Part shown: in pieces, positions 30,971 to 40,861 of the stretch
How positions within the stretch are numbered: position 1 is the first letter of the stretch
Layout: each line of letters opens with the position of its first letter
Virus record (IMG/VR): IMGVR_UViG_3300036780_000209
Span: 1-64,000 of that record
Direction: 5' to 3' (one strand)
Source of the DNA: a virus
DNA: 64,000 nt
Program-made: the position numbers and the translations under genes
Notes under the pieces: model-generated
The model's input: the letters and a program-made list of their open reading frames with translations, nothing else
The model's database searches: none
What the model was told of the DNA's origin: nothing

Positions 30971-31129
30971 TCACGAGGGAGGGGGCGGGGGCCTCGGCTT
31001 GCGGGGCGGGTTGGGGGGAGTGCCGTCGGGGACCTCACGGCCGCCGTTGCCCTTGCAGTGACGGCAGGTATTGTCAGGCCGGCGGGCGTCCTCTCCCGAG
31101 CCGTCGCAGTGACGGCACTTCTGCCACAT
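30971..31129 (-). CDS. DnaJ-type zinc-finger microprotein
   Basis: MWQKCRHCDGSG...CRHCKGNG + Pro-rich tail (two CxxCxGxG). Confidence 0.65.
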   Translation of the reverse strand: MWQKCRHCDGSGEDARRPDNTCRHCKGNGGREVPDGTPPNPPRKPRPPPPPS

Positions 31130-31437
31130 GACGGGTCAGCCCGTCGGGGGGACGACGTTGCGCCAGCAGTCCGGGGCGTGCGGGTCGTGGCAGGTGTCGC
31201 GCAGGCAGCCGTCGCACGTCGCCAGGGGATCCAGGCACTTCGGGCAGGTGCCGGGCGGGACGGGGACCGGGGTCAGGCGGCGGGGGCTCACGGGTAATCC
31301 CTGTCCTTGCCGGGTCATCATTTCTCCTCCGGCCTGCAGCTCTGCGCCGAGGGCGGCGAAGCCCTGGCTGGCGAGCAGGTCGCAGGCGAACGCCCCGGCG
31401 TGCTCCATCCAGGGGCCCTGGCGGCCGGCGGGGGCTC

Positions 31438-31755
31438 TCACGATGCCCTCCGGAAGATCCAGTGCGCCTCGTAGGTTTCGTTATAGCCGGGGCGGTCGAA
31501 GGTGACGGACCAGCCGGCGGCGCGGTAGGCGGGGGCGATGCCCGCGATGGCGGCCGAGACGAGGCCCGGGGCGAGGGAGCTGTTCTCCCGGGAGACGGCG
31601 GGGAGCACGTCCGTGGCGGGGAACTCGGCGTAAGTGCCCTCCCAGTGCAGCAGGATGAGCTTGTTGAAGGCAGCGAGGACCGCCGGGGGGATGACGGCAT
31701 GCTTGAGCGCGGCGGCCTCGGGCGGGGTGACCGGGCGGTCGAGGGGGATGTCCAT
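31438..31755 (-). CDS. Hypothetical protein
   Basis: MDIPLDRPVTP...YRAAGWSVTFDRPGYNETYEAHWIF; start overlaps the upstream stop. Confidence 0.65.
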   Translation of the reverse strand: MDIPLDRPVTPPEAAALKHAVIPPAVLAAFNKLILLHWEGTYAEFPATDVLPAVSRENSSLAPGLVSAAIAGIAPAYRAAGWSVTFDRPGYNETYEAHWIFRRAS

Positions 31756-31883
31756 CAGCGGCAGCCGGCGTGGCAGCGGCTGGAGCGGGGATCGCAGTGG
31801 CCGGTGCCGTTCAGGCACGGGCCGCAGGTAATGCACCCGCAGGCGCCGGCCTGGGTGCAGCCGACGGGCATCCTGGCGGTCAA
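31755..31883 (-). CDS. Cys/His-rich microprotein, family A (divergent; may be the C-terminus of a longer ORF)
   Basis: GGAGG + TTG; ...MPVGCTQAGACGCITCGPCLNGTGHCDPRSSRCHAGCR. Confidence 0.6.
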   Translation of the reverse strand: MTARMPVGCTQAGACGCITCGPCLNGTGHCDPRSSRCHAGCR

Positions 31884-33171
31884 TGTATCCTCCCTGGTCA
31901 CTCGCTGTAGTCGCATCCGGCATTGCCGCACTTCCGGACGCCGTTCAACGGTGGTCATGCTGTGCGGCGCGAGGCTGTACACGCACCAGCACCGGTTGCA
32001 GTCGGCGGTCACTTTTCCTGACTCATTCGTGGTGCACATTTTCCTGTTCCTCACCGGGGGCGGCATCATTGCGGCTTTCATTGTAATCGACAGGCGGGTG
32101 CCCGCGCAGGCCGGCCTGCTTCTCCAGGTCGCCGACGCGGACCCAGAGGCCGAGGACGGCGAGCGTCAGGACGGCCGAGACGACGGCCAGGGAGATGAGG
32201 GCCGGGAGGAAGGCATGGGCAGTGCTGTTCACGCCAGTCCTTTCCCGGGGGCCGTGCGGCCGTGGCGGAAGTGGCCCAGGCAGGGGAACGGGGCGATCCG
32301 GCCCTGCCCCGGGCTGGCGATGCGGCGGGTGCTGCGCGACCGGCGCCGGCGCATGGCGCGCAGGGCACCGTCGGGTGACTGGCCGGTGACAATGGCCAGC
32401 GTCCGGGCAGGGGCCGGACCGGGGGCCGCGTTCAGGGCAAAGAGCATCCTGGCCTGGAGGGCGCTGAGCTTCTTCATGACGATCACCTTCTGATGATGCT
32501 GGCGGAGGCGGAGCAGGTGATCATGCCGCCGCCTTCCTGCGGATGCCGGCCGGGAGCAGGCCGTTGCGGGCGGCCGGCTTGAGGCGGCGGCGCTGCACCC
32601 GGTCCCAGACGTGCGGGAAGACTACCTCGCGGCAGGCCAGGCAGCGGCCGTCGGTGCCGATCCGGCCGGCGCACTCTGTCGTCGTCATGATGACAGCTTA
32701 TCACAGATTTGATAGGCTTCCTTGTAATCGAAGGGAGAATATCATGGTGATTTCCGGGGCGGCGGCGTGGTGCTGGGTGCAGTTCAGCACCGGGGTGAGC
32801 AGCGGGTGGTTCCCGAGGGCCAGCGAGCCGCCGCCGTACGTGACGTGCGTAAGGTCGGCGGCGAAGCCGGGATGGGTGCCCGCTGCCGCCGCGCACCACG
32901 GGCACCTGCTGCTCGGCAGCGGCGGGGGCATCGGCAGCGGGGCGGGGATCGCCGTCGCGCTGATCGCGGTGGCGGCAGCGCTGGGCGGGAAGCTGATGAA
33001 GGGCAGGGGATGAGGAAGAAGCGGCACTGGGGCGGCTGAGGGGCAACGGTAACTCTGAGTAACCGAGGTTTGTCCTGGTCCGGGAGGCCAGATGCGGACA
33101 CATGGTCATGTGCGCAAGTCCCCCGGCCCTAGGGCCAACCCCAACGTTTTCTATACGCAGAGTGACGACGA

Positions 33172-33285
33172 TCAGGTGCCAGGGCAGTTCTTATGACACC
33201 CGGCGTTGTGATTGCCGCAGTGGTCGTCCCGCTTGCACTGGCTGCAGGAGCACGAGCCGGCTGATGCGCATACTGAGATTCTCAT
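33172..33285 (-). CDS. Cys/His-rich microprotein, family A
   Basis: MRISVCASAGSCSCSQCKRDDHCGNHNAGCHKNCPGT; TAGGCT-7nt-ATG possible leaderless start. Confidence 0.75.
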   Translation of the reverse strand: MRISVCASAGSCSCSQCKRDDHCGNHNAGCHKNCPGT

Positions 33286-33415
33286 GCGGGACAGCCTAAA
33301 GCCTCACTTTGCTCCTACGTGCCATGAATCCAATGATCATTGCAACTGAGTAACGTAGGAGCAAAGTGAGGCCATTCAGGCAGGCAGGATGCAAGGAAGC
33401 CTGTATACTGAGGGC

Positions 33416-33730
33416 ATGACGACGAACCCGTACTCCCCCCGGGCGATGCTGATCATCCGGGCCGCCGTCCTCTGGCGCGACGCCCGGGACGCCGGGGACC
33501 GCACGAAGCGCGCCACCGTGAGAGACGCCCAGCTTGACGCCTTCTCCCAGGTCGCGGCCGACATCATGGACTTCGCGAGCACGCCGGAGGAGTTCCGGGA
33601 AGCGGTGATCGGGGCCGTGCGCGCCATCCCCTGGACGCTGCGGGAGAGCCTCGGCCGCGACGAGGCCCTGGCCGTCCGGCAGGAGTGGAAGCAGGCCGTC
33701 GCCGATCACGCCGCCAGGGCGCTGGCCTAG
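33416..33730 (+). CDS. Hypothetical protein
   Basis: TATACT-6nt-ATG leaderless start. Confidence 0.7.
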   Translation: MTTNPYSPRAMLIIRAAVLWRDARDAGDRTKRATVRDAQLDAFSQVAADIMDFASTPEEFREAVIGAVRAIPWTLRESLGRDEALAVRQEWKQAVADHAARALA

Positions 33731-36090
33731 GGGTACAGCTCGCCGTCCATCTCGTCCCCCGAGACGCCCAGCCGGGAGCGCATCCCCACGTGGCGGGGGG
33801 TGCGGGCATACGCCGGGGCCGGCCCCGCGAGGAACGGCTCCGACCGCTCGGTCTCCCGGTGCGCCGTGAACTCGTGCAGGTCAGGGGCATCCTGTGCCCC
33901 CTGGTCCGAAGCTGTGATCACAGCTTCGCGCACCCTCGCGGTTCTCCTGAAAAGGGCCGCGTCGCTGATGACGCGGCGGAGAGCACGGGGGGCAACAGCA
34001 CCATCCTCCCTGTGCCCTCCCTGAGCCGCCCCGTCATCCTCCGTGCCATGCCGCAGGCCCTCAGCCTGCCCGTGTGCCCGTGTCCCGTCCCAGGTCCCGG
34101 TGCCATCGCTGCCGGTCACCCTGCGCATGGCGTGCACCTGGGTCTTCCCGCCTCCGGGGACGGGCATCCCGCCGCGCTCGTCACTGGACTCCCCGGGTAC
34201 CTGGGACTCCCCGTCATCCTGGTCAGGGGCGAACGGGTCCCCTCCCTCGCCGGGCGGGGGCTCCTCCTCGCCTTCCCCGCCGAGCATCATGTCCTCGGCG
34301 GTGGGTGCCAGGTCGGGCAGCTCCAGCGGGTCGGTGCCGAGCCTCGGTGCCATGATCATCTGCGCGGCCAGGGCCGGGGGGACCTCTTCGAGCTGGGCCA
34401 TCGGGGCGAAGTCGGCCATCAGGTCAGGGGGGACCGGGTACCCGCCGTCCCTCAGCGCGATGAACGTCTGCTTGCGGGTCTCCTGCTCGGCGACGGCGAG
34501 CTGCACCGCCTCGTCCTGGCTGCGCTGCACCTCCTCGTCCAGGTCGAAGTCCAGGTTCCTGGTGCGGGTCCTCATGGACACCGGGACCCCCGTCTCGCGC
34601 AGCGCCTCGGTGAACTGGCGGACCAGGTCCTCGTCCTTGAAGTTCAGGGTCTTGAACAGCAGGTCCGGGATGAGGAGCCTCGGCTGCTCGGTGATGCGCT
34701 TCCCGCCGGTCTCCTCGTCCTCTTCGAGCACTTCCTCCATGACCACGTAGCGCTTGCCGGCCCGCTCCTCGTAGTCATAGTGCTCCTGGGCCTCCGCCAC
34801 GATGAGGGCTCTCTTGCGGAAATGGCGCACCAGGTACTTCTGGTACCTCGTCATGAGCTGGGTGACCAGCTCCTTGTTCAGGGCGTCGGCGGCGTAGGTC
34901 TGGCCGCCCTGGGCTCCCATCAGGAAGGTGCGGCTCAATCCGAACACCTGCAGGACCCGGTCCTCGATCCGCTCGAAGTCAGGGGTCAGGTCCGGCATGT
35001 TCTCCTTGCCGAAGACCTGCTCGATCTCGATGGCGAAATTGTGGATCAGGGCGCGGAAGTCACCCGCCAGGGCCGCGTCTAGTGCCAGCTCGAAGGACTC
35101 CAGGTCGTCATCTGTGGGAATCCAAGGAACGCTCGTGCCCAGGTCTGTAGCCGAAGCTCCCAGCTTGCAGAGAATGAGGGGAGTGTAGAGGCGGTCTGCG
35201 ATCGAATCGAGGGCGGTGTTGAGCATCTCCTGCTGCAGCATGGGCCGCATGGCACGAGTGAGGAGCGGGACTCCACGGACATTGAACGTGTCCCCCTTGA
35301 AGCGGAGCTGCTGCATGAGCACCGAGCTGACCGGCATGAAGCTGTTCTCGCTGGTGTAGGCCACCAGCTCCGGGTACTCCTGAATCAATTTGTTATATTC
35401 CCAGGCCGGCTGCCTGGTCTGCAGGACCTGGCGGATCGTCCACGGCAGCCGGATGAAGTACCTCGGCTCCTTGAGGAACGGGGAGCGCTCCACCTTGACA
35501 TCATCGGGATTGAGCAGCTCCTCGTCATCCCAGATGCCCAGGTCCTCGTTGAAGGTGGCGAACGGCCACGCCTCCCCCACCGTCCAGTACTCGCGGCCGA
35601 TGTCCACCAGGAACTCCTCGTAGTCCAGGTGGTCCTCGTCGAAGAACTGCTCGGTGTAGAACTCGGTGAGCTTCTCGTCCTTGCAGCGCAGCTCGTGGCC
35701 CAGCACCGGGAACTTCGAGAAGATGTCCACGCAGGACCCGATGATCGGGTCCGTCTGGTACAGCAGCCTGCAGAAGGACCTGACCTTGGCCAGCTCCTCG
35801 TTCTCGGAGAAGTCATACGGGAGGTTGTTCTGCCGCCAGTAGAACAGCGGGTCCCGGGGCCGGCCGGTGGCGAACTGGATGTCGCCGAAGCCGCCTCCCG
35901 AGCCCGACGCCGCCGTGCGGCTCAGCTTGCCGTTGACGTGCCTGTTCTTCCTGGCCTCCTTGACCTCCGGGGTCATCTGGTCATCACGCAGGCCCCGCTG
36001 GCCGAACGCGAAGCCACGGCCGCCCATCAGGCGGATGACGCCCTGGTCGCTGTGCGAGCCGATCCGGGGATTGAACGGGACCCGGGTCAC
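33727..36090 (-). CDS. Portal protein with acidic C-terminal extension
   Basis: RLLYQTDPIIGSCVDIFSKFP, IGREYWTVGEA, LLNPDDV, RGVPLL and ADRLYTPLIL resemble Bxz1-like phage portals (recollection, not searched); GTGA-coupled start. Confidence 0.8.
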   Translation of the reverse strand: MTRVPFNPRIGSHSDQGVIRLMGGRGFAFGQRGLRDDQMTPEVKEARKNRHVNGKLSRTAASGSGGGFGDIQFATGRPRDPLFYWRQNNLPYDFSENEELAKVRSFCRLLYQTDPIIGSCVDIFSKFPVLGHELRCKDEKLTEFYTEQFFDEDHLDYEEFLVDIGREYWTVGEAWPFATFNEDLGIWDDEELLNPDDVKVERSPFLKEPRYFIRLPWTIRQVLQTRQPAWEYNKLIQEYPELVAYTSENSFMPVSSVLMQQLRFKGDTFNVRGVPLLTRAMRPMLQQEMLNTALDSIADRLYTPLILCKLGASATDLGTSVPWIPTDDDLESFELALDAALAGDFRALIHNFAIEIEQVFGKENMPDLTPDFERIEDRVLQVFGLSRTFLMGAQGGQTYAADALNKELVTQLMTRYQKYLVRHFRKRALIVAEAQEHYDYEERAGKRYVVMEEVLEEDEETGGKRITEQPRLLIPDLLFKTLNFKDEDLVRQFTEALRETGVPVSMRTRTRNLDFDLDEEVQRSQDEAVQLAVAEQETRKQTFIALRDGGYPVPPDLMADFAPMAQLEEVPPALAAQMIMAPRLGTDPLELPDLAPTAEDMMLGGEGEEEPPPGEGGDPFAPDQDDGESQVPGESSDERGGMPVPGGGKTQVHAMRRVTGSDGTGTWDGTRAHGQAEGLRHGTEDDGAAQGGHREDGAVAPRALRRVISDAALFRRTARVREAVITASDQGAQDAPDLHEFTAHRETERSEPFLAGPAPAYARTPRHVGMRSRLGVSGDEMDGELYP

Positions 36091-36662
36091 GCGTCCACCA
36101 GCTCGCCATTGGTCACGAACCCGTGCCAGCCGTTCGTGCCCGTGCACAGGATCGACGGCGTGACGGTGAGCAGCGGGGCGGTCCCGCTGACCGTCCAGTA
36201 CCCGCCGTCCGAGGCGCGCTGGGTGCTGACCCACTCATGACCGCCGGGCAGCGAGATGATCCACGACTCGGCCCCGCCGGGATGGCGGCTGTATGCGTCG
36301 TGCCAGTCGGCGCGCACCATGGTGCCGGGAGGGGCGTTGCGGCCGAACGAGCCCCACATCGGGAACTCGGTGCCGTCAGGCAGCCGGAAGATCCTGTTGT
36401 CGTTGCGCTGCCACTGGTCGCCGTCCGCGAACTCACGGCCGCATCGCTCGCATGCCGCAGGCCACCGGTCGTCATCATGCGGCCAGTTGTCTCCGTGAAC
36501 GCGCTCGTGCTCGTCCTCGCCCACGGTCCCGGTGATCACGCTGGCGTCGTGGCCGTACTCGTATCCGGGGCATTCCGGCCCCTTGTCGGTGCTGAACGTG
36601 AACCGCCTCAGCATGCGCTCATAGCGGCCGGTGAACTCGGCGATGACGAGGGGGATGCTCAT
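36087..36662 (-). CDS. Conserved phage protein with DUF6527-like C-terminus
   Basis: WTVSG...LTVTPSIL...WHGFVTNG motif. Confidence 0.6.
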   Translation of the reverse strand: MSIPLVIAEFTGRYERMLRRFTFSTDKGPECPGYEYGHDASVITGTVGEDEHERVHGDNWPHDDDRWPAACERCGREFADGDQWQRNDNRIFRLPDGTEFPMWGSFGRNAPPGTMVRADWHDAYSRHPGGAESWIISLPGGHEWVSTQRASDGGYWTVSGTAPLLTVTPSILCTGTNGWHGFVTNGELVDA

Positions 36663-36810
36663 GCTCCCTGGCCTTCCATTAGTGACCGGATATCCGTGAT
36701 TCCCTTGCACGACCTGCACCGCGACCACAGGCACTGGTCATTGGCGCAGTGCCATTGCGTCTCGGAATGGCCGCACCGGCCGCACACCTGGGGCGGGCTC
36801 TCAGGCCGGC

Positions 36811-38202
36811 TCATGCCGCCCTCCCCGGGCACTGGCTCAGGTCGCCGTGCTCCCGCTCGGGACCGCCCTTGTAGTCGGTGGAACGGGCGTAGCGCCACCG
36901 GAGGCCGCCCTGGGATCCGGGATAGGCCCGCGCCTCCAGGCCGCAGGATGCGCAGCGCCGGGCATGGGCACGGTGCTCCAGGCCGCCGGTCGAGGGCTGC
37001 CATTCCATGCTGCCGGGCACCGGGTACAGCCACTGGTGCTGGCCCCGGGGCACGGCATCAGGGCTGCGGGCAGCCTTGCCGAAGACGGGATCGATCGGCC
37101 CCTCGTGCCTGGAGTAGGCGAAGCCGTCGCCAGGGAAGAAGTCCGGATGCTCCGCCTGTGCCCATTCATGCTCGATGTCCGGATGCACATGCCTCTGGCC
37201 GTCGCCATGCTCATTCCAGTGCAGGTCCCTGATGCGCTCGTCATCAGGGAGATCGTGACGCTGGTGCTCGCCTCTCATGTGATCGCGCATCTCGTCGTCC
37301 GACATCTCCACGTGCTGCCGGACGCCGTGCGCCTCCTTGCGGAGCGCGGCGAGCACCCTGGGGTCACTGCCGCTGTGCAGCACGGCCAGGTGGCGCACGT
37401 AGGCGTCCTCAGGCAGGGCATCCCCGGCGAGGGTGCGGTAAAGGCCGCTGTGGTGGTGCCAGCCCTCCGGCAACTGCGGGATGAACTCCTCGCTCCTCAG
37501 CTCTACGGACGGCGTGCGGTTCCGGGGCTGGAGCAGGGAGGCCTCTTCCTCCTCGGGATCCAGGAAGCGGTGCACGGTGCCCTCCGGGTCCCTCGGCCTG
37601 CGGTCATCCCGGCCCTTCGGGATGAACCTGCTCCTGACTGGGTACTCGCGGCCGAAGCGGTCCTCCGGGTCCGGCTCGGCCTCGGCTTCGGACCCGTCGG
37701 CCAGGGGGCGGTACAGCGAGCCCTTCTTCTTGCCCTTAGGCGGCTTCTTGCCGCTCCCAGGGTCCTTGTCCCCGCCGCCCTTGCTGTCAGGCGGGGGCGG
37801 GGCGCCCGAATCGCCTCCGTCGTCCTCAGGGCCGCCTGAGGGGGCTCCCCCGTCATCGCCGGGCGGCGGTCCCTCGTCACCGCCCTCGTCGTCAGGCGGG
37901 AAGCCCTCGTCCTCCTCGCCCGGCATGCCCATGCCCGGCGGGCCCATGCCCAGGTCCTCCTGGCCGCCGGGGCCAAGCTCCGGCCCCATGTCGGTGAGGG
38001 CACCGGGGCCCATGGGCTGCTGGGGCATGCCCGGGAAGGCCGGCTGAACGCGGACGATGTAGTTCATCCCGCAGAAGGCGCAGTCGATCGTGCCGTCGCT
38101 GCGCCCGGTGACCTGGCCCGAGCCGCAGAACGGGCAGTGGCTGGTGATCTGCGGATCCCCCGGGTCGTGGGCGATCCGGATGAAACGACCTTCGAGCTGC
38201 AT
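36811..38202 (-). CDS. Probable head-associated protein: N-terminal zinc ribbon, Pro/Gly/acidic linker, His-rich module
   Basis: HCPFCGSGQV...IDCAFC; near the portal; GGGAGG RBS. Confidence 0.6.
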   Translation of the reverse strand: MQLEGRFIRIAHDPGDPQITSHCPFCGSGQVTGRSDGTIDCAFCGMNYIVRVQPAFPGMPQQPMGPGALTDMGPELGPGGQEDLGMGPPGMGMPGEEDEGFPPDDEGGDEGPPPGDDGGAPSGGPEDDGGDSGAPPPPDSKGGGDKDPGSGKKPPKGKKKGSLYRPLADGSEAEAEPDPEDRFGREYPVRSRFIPKGRDDRRPRDPEGTVHRFLDPEEEEASLLQPRNRTPSVELRSEEFIPQLPEGWHHHSGLYRTLAGDALPEDAYVRHLAVLHSGSDPRVLAALRKEAHGVRQHVEMSDDEMRDHMRGEHQRHDLPDDERIRDLHWNEHGDGQRHVHPDIEHEWAQAEHPDFFPGDGFAYSRHEGPIDPVFGKAARSPDAVPRGQHQWLYPVPGSMEWQPSTGGLEHRAHARRCASCGLEARAYPGSQGGLRWRYARSTDYKGGPEREHGDLSQCPGRAA

Positions 38203-38291
38203 GAGTGGCCTCCCATACCTTCGCGGGACGCCGGGCACGCAGCACAGGCTTACTCGTTGTCAAGGATGCTTGTAACTGATACCTTGGATGC

Positions 38292-39690
38292 ATGACGACG
38301 CCGCGCCAGGCCATGGCACACAGCGAGGAAGCCGCTATCGCCCTGCTGGAGAAGCTCGCTTCCGAGGGCAACGAGAAGGCTGCCTCGCTGCTGCGGGAGC
38401 TTAAGCCCGCAGTCCAGCCCGCCTCTCCCGCCGAGGTCAGGATCCTGCGCCGGAGCATGGTCTACCCGCCCGGCCGGAGGGGAGCACGCTGGATCTACAG
38501 TTACGCCGCCGGCGACGCCGCCTGGACCGAGCACGGCACCAGCCTGGTCACGCTGAGGGACTGGCTGCGCCGCGAGCACGGCACGAGCGTGAAGATAGCC
38601 GAGACCTGGAAATGAAGGAAAGCCACCTGGGGCACACGGTATGCGGGGAATGCGGAACCTGCCTGACCTGCGGCCAGCGGCACCACGGCACCTGTGATCT
38701 CAGCCACTTGCGCTGAGGAGAGGACGAGGACATGCATGAGGAGCACGACTGGCCGTTCCACGCCTATCTGAAGCAGGAGGACTGCGGGCATCACAAGTCC
38801 TGCTACCCGATCCCCGGCCCGGAGGGGCTGGATGCCCGCGAGCACCTGCTCAGGGCGAAGCGGCTGGCCGACCAGGCTGAGGCGCTGATCGCCACGGACC
38901 CGGGCCGCGCCAGGCTGTACATGGACCTGGCCGACACCCAGACCGAGCTGGGCCGCGTCATCGCCGAGGCGCTCTCATGATGAACTGGGGCCGCGACGGC
39001 AGCCACGAGCACGAGGTGCATGAAGTGCACGGCGTGGCTGCCACGGATCACTCGCACTCGGAGCTGCGCGATGCGCGCCACCGGATCGAGGCGCTCGCAG
39101 GGCGGGTGGATGACATGGAGGCGCAGCTCGCCGAGCAGCGGCTGATCAACGGCACCATGACGGAGATCACCGAGCGGCTCACCATGATCGTCGAGCGGAT
39201 CGCAGGGCGGCTCGCCGGCGGCGGCATGAGCGAGGTCCTGGAGGACTTCCCCGGTCCTGGTTGACCGATTACAAGAACTCCTGTATTCTCTTACTAGATG
39301 GACGAGAGACGACCACAGGAGGCCAGGATGCAGACCCTCACCACTACCCCCGGCACGCCAGGCGGCCACTACCCGGACGCCTGGGGACCGGCCCCCGAGC
39401 CCGCGCCGCTGTGGTGGGACGACGCCTCCTACATCCGCTACCAGTCCGCTGACCCCTACGCCCAGTACGAGGGCTGGGACGACGAGGACTGGGACGCGTT
39501 CAACGCTGCGGCCGAGCACGAGGCGACCCGCCCGAACGACGAGTCCGACTGGGCCGCTCACCGCAGCTTCCTGAACGCCCAGGACGAGGACCGCGAGCGC
39601 CTGGAGGCCGAGCTGGACGCGCCGCCCTGCGAGCACGGCCTGGCGGCCTGGCTCTGCGCCGGCCCGGGTCACTACCCGATGGACATGTGA
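38292..39690 (+). CDS. Small hypothetical genes (38292-38615, 38732-38980, 38977-39264, 39328-39690)
   Basis: RBSs or ATGA coupling, downstream of palindrome-containing promoters. Confidence 0.6.
38612..38716 (+). CDS. Cys-rich microprotein, family B
   Basis: ATGA overlap; MKESHLGHTVCGECGTCLTCGQRHHGTCDLSHLR. Confidence 0.65.
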   Translation: MKESHLGHTVCGECGTCLTCGQRHHGTCDLSHLR

Positions 39691-39705
39691 AACCATGCCT
39701 TCCTG

Positions 39706-39747
39706 ATAGCGAGGATCCTTGTAGACAATTACAAGGATCCTCGCTAT
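39706..39747. repeat. Perfect 18-bp inverted repeat built from two copies of the operator-like motif
   Basis: ATAGCGAGGATCCTTGTA-gacaat-TACAAGGATCCTCGCTAT. Confidence 0.85.
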
Positions 39748-39787
39748 TTTTGTTCTGCATGCACGCGATAGTCACAAGGAGGACAGA

Positions 39788-40393
39788 ATGAGCAAGCCCC
39801 TTACCCTGGACGAGGCCCGTGCCGTGCCCCTGGAAGCCGTCCAGGCGGCCGTGGGAGAGCCGTACGAGACCTGGAGCGCCCGTTGCCATGAGATGGCCCT
39901 CAAGGTGCTCCAGACCGGCCTGTACGGCCCCGGGCGGATAGCCAGAGGTTTCGCGGCCGGCATCCCGGGCCAGCACTCGTGGATCGTGCTGGGAGGCGTC
40001 TACGATCCCCTGGCCGTCATCGCAGATCCCACGCTGCGGCTGTGGCTGGGCACTGAGCCGCCCGGCATCCAGGTCCTGCGGAACGAGGGGATCGCCCACC
40101 GCCCGCACGGATCAGGCTCCTGCTTCAATGCCGGGATGCCCTGCTCCTGGGGCGGGGAGGAAATCGAGCTGGCCAGCCGGGGCCTGCTCAGCGAGGAGGC
40201 GGCGGAATTCCTGGATGACCTCGGCCCCCTGGACGCCCGGGGCTGGATGGAAGTCGCCTCCCTCCCGGTAGAGGACTGGCCTGCGGCCGAGATCATCCAG
40301 GCCATGTACGAGACGCCTTCACTGAAAGCATTCATCCCGATCGACATCGTGGGCCACCTCACTGATCACAATCCGGGCGGCTTGTACTGGTAG
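39788..40393 (+). CDS. Hypothetical protein (C...HSW...D pattern, possibly transglutaminase/papain-like)
   Basis: AAGGAGG RBS; RCHE...QHSWI...ADPT. Confidence 0.55.
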   Translation: MSKPLTLDEARAVPLEAVQAAVGEPYETWSARCHEMALKVLQTGLYGPGRIARGFAAGIPGQHSWIVLGGVYDPLAVIADPTLRLWLGTEPPGIQVLRNEGIAHRPHGSGSCFNAGMPCSWGGEEIELASRGLLSEEAAEFLDDLGPLDARGWMEVASLPVEDWPAAEIIQAMYETPSLKAFIPIDIVGHLTDHNPGGLYW

Positions 40394-40418
40394 CCGTGCC
40401 CTTCGTGCAGTAAGGGAA

Positions 40419-40453
40419 TTGACAGAGTACAAGGATGCCTGTATTCTGGGTAC
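40419..40453 (+). promoter_or_regulatory. Sigma-70-type leaderless promoter with palindrome in the spacer (representative copy)
   Basis: TTGACA-17nt-TATTCT-6nt-ATG; TACAAGGATGCCTGTA at 40428-40443. Confidence 0.85.
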
Positions 40454-40861
40454 ATGAGCCAAGCAAAGAGCACCAAGGTCAGCAAGCGGCAGGCGCAGGC
40501 AGTCCTGACGGCCGTCAAGAGCAAGTGGAAGGCCTACTGCCTCGACTTCCCGCAGGCGGACGGCAAGCCCGACTATGACGCGCCGATGAGCGCGATGGTC
40601 GCGGCGGACGCCAGCGAGCTGCCCCAGCTCATGATGACCTGGCAGGGCCGCGAGGACAGCGAGCCGTGCCCCGCCATCGTCTGGGAAAGCGGCCCGTTCG
40701 AGTGGGCCTACGGCGCGCTGGGCGAGTCCTGGGACTACGAGCTGGCCGCCGCCAGGGAGGAATTCCCCGGCCTGAACCCCGTGGTCAGGGGTGTCAGCGA
40801 GCCGAAGGGCGTGCACTGCGAGCCGTACTTCTCCTACGTTCTCTGCATCTACCCGGCCTGA
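40454..40861 (+). CDS. Hypothetical early protein
   Basis: Leaderless ATG and GC3 bias. Confidence 0.75.
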   Translation: MSQAKSTKVSKRQAQAVLTAVKSKWKAYCLDFPQADGKPDYDAPMSAMVAADASELPQLMMTWQGREDSEPCPAIVWESGPFEWAYGALGESWDYELAAAREEFPGLNPVVRGVSEPKGVHCEPYFSYVLCIYPA

